Origin: a virus | Lineage: Duplodnaviria; Caudoviricetes | Reading direction: 5' to 3' (one strand) | DNA: 64,000 nt | IMG/VR virus record: IMGVR_UViG_3300031994_000039 | Location: 1-64,000 of that record | In this document: in pieces, positions 59,751-64,000 of the stretch | How positions within the stretch are numbered: position 1 is the first letter of the stretch | How the letters are laid out: every line of letters starts with the position of its first letter | The notes under the pieces: generated by a model | Database searches by the model: none | Told to the model about the DNA's origin: nothing | The model's input: the letters and a program-made list of their open reading frames with translations, nothing else | Translations under genes and position numbers: made by a program

Positions 59751-60131
59751 TTACATAATTGTGATGTTGTTCATTGCTGTTTCAAGAGCTGACTTAGCAA
59801 GTGCGATACGCTCTGGTGCAACCTCTTCAAAAGAGTTCATCTTTGCGATTGCCTTGCCATATTTAGTGGCAATGAATTCCTTCACCTTGTCTGCCGGAAT
59901 GTTACCGATTTCAACAGATGTTGAAGCGAAGCCGCTTGCGTCTGTCTTGTCGAAGGTGATTCCGTAGGTACCAACTGAGCCCTTTGAGCCTGTGTCAACC
60001 ACAAACTCAATTTCTTTTTCTTCGTTCTTGGCGATGAGCACTTCCGGAGTTACCTTCTTGAGTGTTTCCAGATCAGACATGAGAACTGCACTTGTGAAAA
60101 CCGCGATTCCGCTGATTACAGTAATTTTCAT
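59751..60131 (-). CDS. 126-aa hypothetical protein, copy 1
   Basis: Paralogue of 59285-59665; AGGAGG RBS. Confidence 0.75.
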   Translation of the reverse strand: MKITVISGIAVFTSAVLMSDLETLKKVTPEVLIAKNEEKEIEFVVDTGSKGSVGTYGITFDKTDASGFASTSVEIGNIPADKVKEFIATKYGKAIAKMNSFEEVAPERIALAKSALETAMNNITIM

Positions 60132-60193
60132 TTTAAATTCCTCCTAGAATTTTCTTACTTGTGTTTTGAGAGATGTGAAATTGTGTGTCTATT

Positions 60194-60274
60194 ATGTTAA
60201 ACTCCTAAACGGTTGGGTTGAATTCCGCAAGCCCGAAATTGGGGGCGATAACCGTTCCGCTTAGGAGGTAACAT
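60194..60274 (-). ncRNA. Candidate structured RNA (long interrupted hairpin)
   Basis: ATGTTA/TAACAT, CTCCTAA/TTAGGAG and ACGGTT/AACCGT nested stems. Confidence 0.45.
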
Positions 60275-60294
60275 CAGATTGTTTTTCCAGTAGC

Positions 60295-60522
60295 TTAAGC
60301 GTTGTCTGCCTTAACTACCTGGAGTAAGTAACATTTATCTGTTACTCCGTAGTCGTTGAAAGTCTTGTTGAAATCCCCACCGGAAACCATTGAGCCGTTG
60401 AGTGTGATTCCGCCCGCAGGAACGTTGAGTCCTGCCTGCTCTGCAGCTTCCATGAGTGTTGTTGATGGGTCGATAACGAGTTCTGTCTTGTTGAGTGATG
60501 TTCCTGAGATTACCTTGATCAT
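60295..60522 (-). CDS. Ubiquitin-like beta-grasp protein, copy 1
   Basis: 75 aa; near-identical to copy 2; ends KADNA. Confidence 0.75.
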   Translation of the reverse strand: MIKVISGTSLNKTELVIDPSTTLMEAAEQAGLNVPAGGITLNGSMVSGGDFNKTFNDYGVTDKCYLLQVVKADNA

Positions 60523-60592
60523 TTGAAATTCCTCCTAAGTTTTTCGTTTAAATTCTTACTAATTCTTACTGGAACTTTTAATTCCTTACTTA

Positions 60593-60621
60593 ACTATATC
60601 ACAGCGTTGTCTGTTTGTCAA
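60593..60621 (-). promoter_or_regulatory. Strong sigma-A promoter at the head of the Ubl/retron operon
   Basis: TTGACA-17 nt-TATAGT with an extended -10 TG. Confidence 0.8.
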
Positions 60622-60883
60622 GTATATTTTTAAAAGCTCTTTTCTTACCCTGACCAAAATCCGTCCTTTCTTGTTTATGGTTTGTTACTTTCCTACAGTG
60701 GTTCATTGGTTGGTTATCCACTCACGCCGCGTGGAGGCTGAACCTTGTGAGCTGTAGCTCCTACGAGAGGAGCAAGTATCAAATTAAATTCCGAGCCCTG
60801 CGATGAGGACAGCAATTGCCGTTCCCCACATGAGCAAGCTATAGCAGCTTTTAGAATTCCTCATGTGATTATCACCACCTTTC

Positions 60884-63880
60884 TTATACGCTTCCTATTT
60901 TCAGAGTATCGTAAGCCTCGAACTTCTTGAAGAGCTGCTTGTAGTATGCCCTTACATCGTTGAGTTTTCTTACGAATACCGTCTTCTCGTAGATAGTTTT
61001 CCAGCCGTACTTAGTCTTTAATGCCGGATTGTTTTTCTCGTATCCCTCCTTAACTGTGACGAACCTTCTGTTTAATTCCCTGTACCTTCTGATTGAGAAA
61101 TCCTCGGTTCCTGTATAGTGGATTTTCCCTTCATCATCAAGATCCATGTATTCTATTTCATACATAGCAACCTTGTTTCCTTTTATGTCTGCGTCTTTGC
61201 TTACCCAGCCGATTCCCTCGACGTATTTGTTTACGATTCCCGTGTATACTCTATGAAGTTCATACATGATTAAACACCTCTCAGACCTTCTGTAATGCCC
61301 CACAAGGGCGTTGCTGATTTTAATTGACAACTTTACCCCTACCAGTTGAGGAGTGCCTTCTTGGCTTCCCTAGAAAGTTCCTGAGGGTTTATTCCCAGTG
61401 CATTGAGGAGGCTTCTGATTCCGTCCTCATATCCATACTGGTACTCGCAGTTCCTGCGGTATTCCTCGAAGTCTGTGTTTGCGAGTTCCGTGTCCTTAGG
61501 GTAAACCCTTTTCACAGATTCCCAGTTTGTTTTCATTACAGTCAGAACTGGATTTGTTAAGATTCCCATGTGTTTATTTCCTCCCATTTTCTTTCGTAAT
61601 TCTTTACAGCTTTCCTGTATTCCTCGAAAAGCGCGTCCTCAAGAGGTTTGTATTCCTCGTAGGTCGCAAATGCATATGTAAGACCTGAGCAATATCCTTT
61701 TATGTGGAAGTACTCGTCGTTTGAGAAATCCAAATCTGACATTCCATCGGTAATCATATTCCTCGCCCTTTTACGTATTGCGGAAACATAGCTGTCATAG
61801 ATTCTTCTTCCCTGCACGCTGAGCTTTTTAACATACGGTTTCATTTAAAATTCCCCCGTTTCTGCTGCTTCCATTTTGGTAAGTTCCCAAGTTTCCAAAT
61901 CCATGTATGAGTAAATTGAATCATCTTCAATTTCCTCTGTCCAGTGAGTGTTAAGTCTGAGTTTGTAGGTTTCATATTCCTGCAGGTCTTCCTTTACGCA
62001 GTAAATTTCCCCTGCGTAAATTCCTGTAAGGCAGAAGAACTGCCCGCCTCCGAGTGCTACTGCCTCGGTGGAATAGAGAACTTCTTCTATTGGACAGAAA
62101 TCTACAATTTCCTCGGAGAAATCGTTGTTTCCTAACCAAACTTGTGTTTCATATTCCTCGCCTTTTACTACTTCTACGTTTGCGCCAAGGTCAAACACAT
62201 TTCCGGATTCATCAACCATGCAGTGTTCTGAGATTCCGTACATTACACGATGTTCAAATTCCTGAGCTTCTTCAGCTTCCTCGGCGTTTATATACTGTCC
62301 AGTAATGCCGTAAAAACAAAGCCCTGCGATAAGTGGCAGGGCATGGAATGTTCTGTTTACGTCTTTGTATGCCATTTTAAAATTCCTCCTCGTCAAGTTC
62401 CTCGTCGAGTTCTTCTGTGAACCCTTCGATTTCCTCGTCGTTTTCATCATCTACAACTTCGGTAGCTGTGAAGAGCTTCGAGTAATACGGATCCTTTTCA
62501 TTTTCCTTGACTTTTGCCTTGTATTCCTCTGTGGTTTTGCATGACTTCTTGAATTCCTCGCAGTCTGCAAGAAAATCCTTGCAAAGCTGACGGAACTCCT
62601 TATGAGTGATTTTGATTGTGATTTTCATTTGAAATTCCTCCTGTTTATGGTTTAGGTTTGTTTTGAAATTCCGCCTGTTTAGGCGTGATTCCCCGCCCTG
62701 CCATTGCAGGCAGGCAAGCCGGCTTTTCCGGACGGAGATAAACCATAAACCTTTATATCAATTTTCTTTGGAGGTATCGATTCCAAGGAGATTCAGCACA
62801 GCTGTAATTCCCACAAAGCTGAAATTCCCCATTTTTTCCGGAATAGCTTCCCAAACACCTGGGTAAAGTTCTTTTACTCCGGACAGAAGCATATTTCCCC
62901 AGTCACCACCGCACGCAGTGCAGTATTTCCCAAGGAATTCCTTGATTCCGTATGCGAATGGCGCTGCTTTTTCGCATTCCTCGATTACACGGAGTCCGTC
63001 GCCGTCCCAAAGGCGGTACACGATTCCTGCAAAGTCGTTTATGTCGAGAAGCTCGTTAATTTCCTGAGCTGTGATTTTTGCATCTAAAATTCCTGTTCCT
63101 GTCATTTGAAATTCCCCCTTATATACAAATCGGTTCGTCTTCTACGTTCCACTCATCTGAGCTTGACTCAGATTCTTTAGCTTCCTGTGTTTCTATTGCA
63201 CGAGCACGAGCCCGTGCTGCCATAATTTCAAAGTTTAAAGCGTCTTTTGCAATTTTAAACATATTGATTCCTCCTAAAGGTTTGGTTTTGGTTTATGGGT
63301 TTGCGATAACCCCGTTCCGGCATTGCACCGGAAAGCCGCTTTTACGGCGGGGTTTAGGGGATTTATTGGGGTAAGATGATTACTTCTTTGCCTTGTACTC
63401 GACTGTGTACATTGAGCCCTCAGATTTCGACTCTTTTACCTTGATGATATTGCAGAGAATATCCATGATTATCATGCGGAACGCCTTGTGTGTGGCTGCT
63501 GTTACGCTAAGGGCAGCTTTACCCTTCTTTGTCTGAGTTGCAAGCAGGTATGAAACGTCGTGTGATGAGCCCTTGAAATCTTTTCCGACCATTTGTGCGA
63601 CAAGCACATTGAGTGATTTGAGGAGCTGCGTCTTAGAAGTCGGGTCGGCAGTTTTGTTAATGTCTTCAAGGTTACCCGCATTTCTGAGGTCTTCACAAAG
63701 TTTTGAGAACGAATAGCTGTCATTGATGCTTTTCAGCTGATTTTCGGTCAACCCTAAATTTTTGCCTACCGCAAGAGTAAGGCGGAAATTGAGTCGTTCA
63801 CACGTCCACACCCAGTTCTTGTCTTCACCGATAGTTTTTCCGGCGTATTTCTGAAGCTCTAACGGGTCAATCTGTGTCAT
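60884..63880 (-). other. Early-region hypothetical CDSs (60884-61267, 61339-61569, 61557-61844, 61845-62375, 62377-62628, 62758-63105, and 63380 to beyond 63880)
   Basis: Minus-strand ORFs, many preceded by a shared GGAGGAATTT(C/T)AAATG initiation region. Confidence 0.6.
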
Positions 63881-64000
63881 GCGGGTGGATATTTCTTTGG
63901 AGATATGCCCAAATTCATCCTTTACGTCCTTGACGCTTAAAGCGTCGAAGTGGTGGAGCGATGCCGCATTTACGATAATGTTACCGTCCTTTTCAAGGAT

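Noticed and set aside
6131-63374. Many + strand ORFs opposite the minus-strand genes
   Set aside because: Antisense shadows of well-supported genes, with no motifs or RBSs.
1-64000. CRISPR array / cas locus
   Set aside because: No regularly spaced repeat-spacer array was seen, and the Cas4-like nuclease sits in the recombination-replication operon.

Overview
A 64-kb segment of a large temperate phage, most likely infecting Clostridia (inferred from the sigma-A promoters, AGGAGG ribosome-binding sites and SPbeta-like gene content). From left to right: the end of the virion/lysis region on the + strand (tail-fibre tip, two reverse-oriented start-less tail-tip cassettes, a Q/N-rich module, a CHAP endolysin), an attP-like region, then a long minus-strand arm. 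That arm carries integrase/Xis, nucleotide metabolism (dUTPase, NrdD/NrdG, dNMP kinase, ThyX-like), a beta-CASP RNase, ClpP, replication genes (DnaE, DnaG, DnaB, SSB, ERF), an MrpR-like repressor, an array of Lar-type zinc-ribbon paralogues, IscS, a second tyrosine recombinase, a PNK-phosphatase-RNA ligase and a tRNA/tRNA-like cluster. Three group I introns can be located: in nrdD, in dnaE, and a TnpB-carrying IStron. The strongest candidate for an undescribed system is the operon at about 52.3-60.6 kb. It combines a ubiquitin-like conjugation set (two Ubl paralogues ending in KADNA, an E2-like protein, a JAB protease and a ThiF/E1) with one retron-type reverse transcriptase and TWO retron-like ncRNAs. 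The two ncRNAs share inverted-repeat ends and a covarying msr-like scaffold but have unrelated msd-like template regions. All calls come from reading motifs by eye; no searches or folding programs were run.
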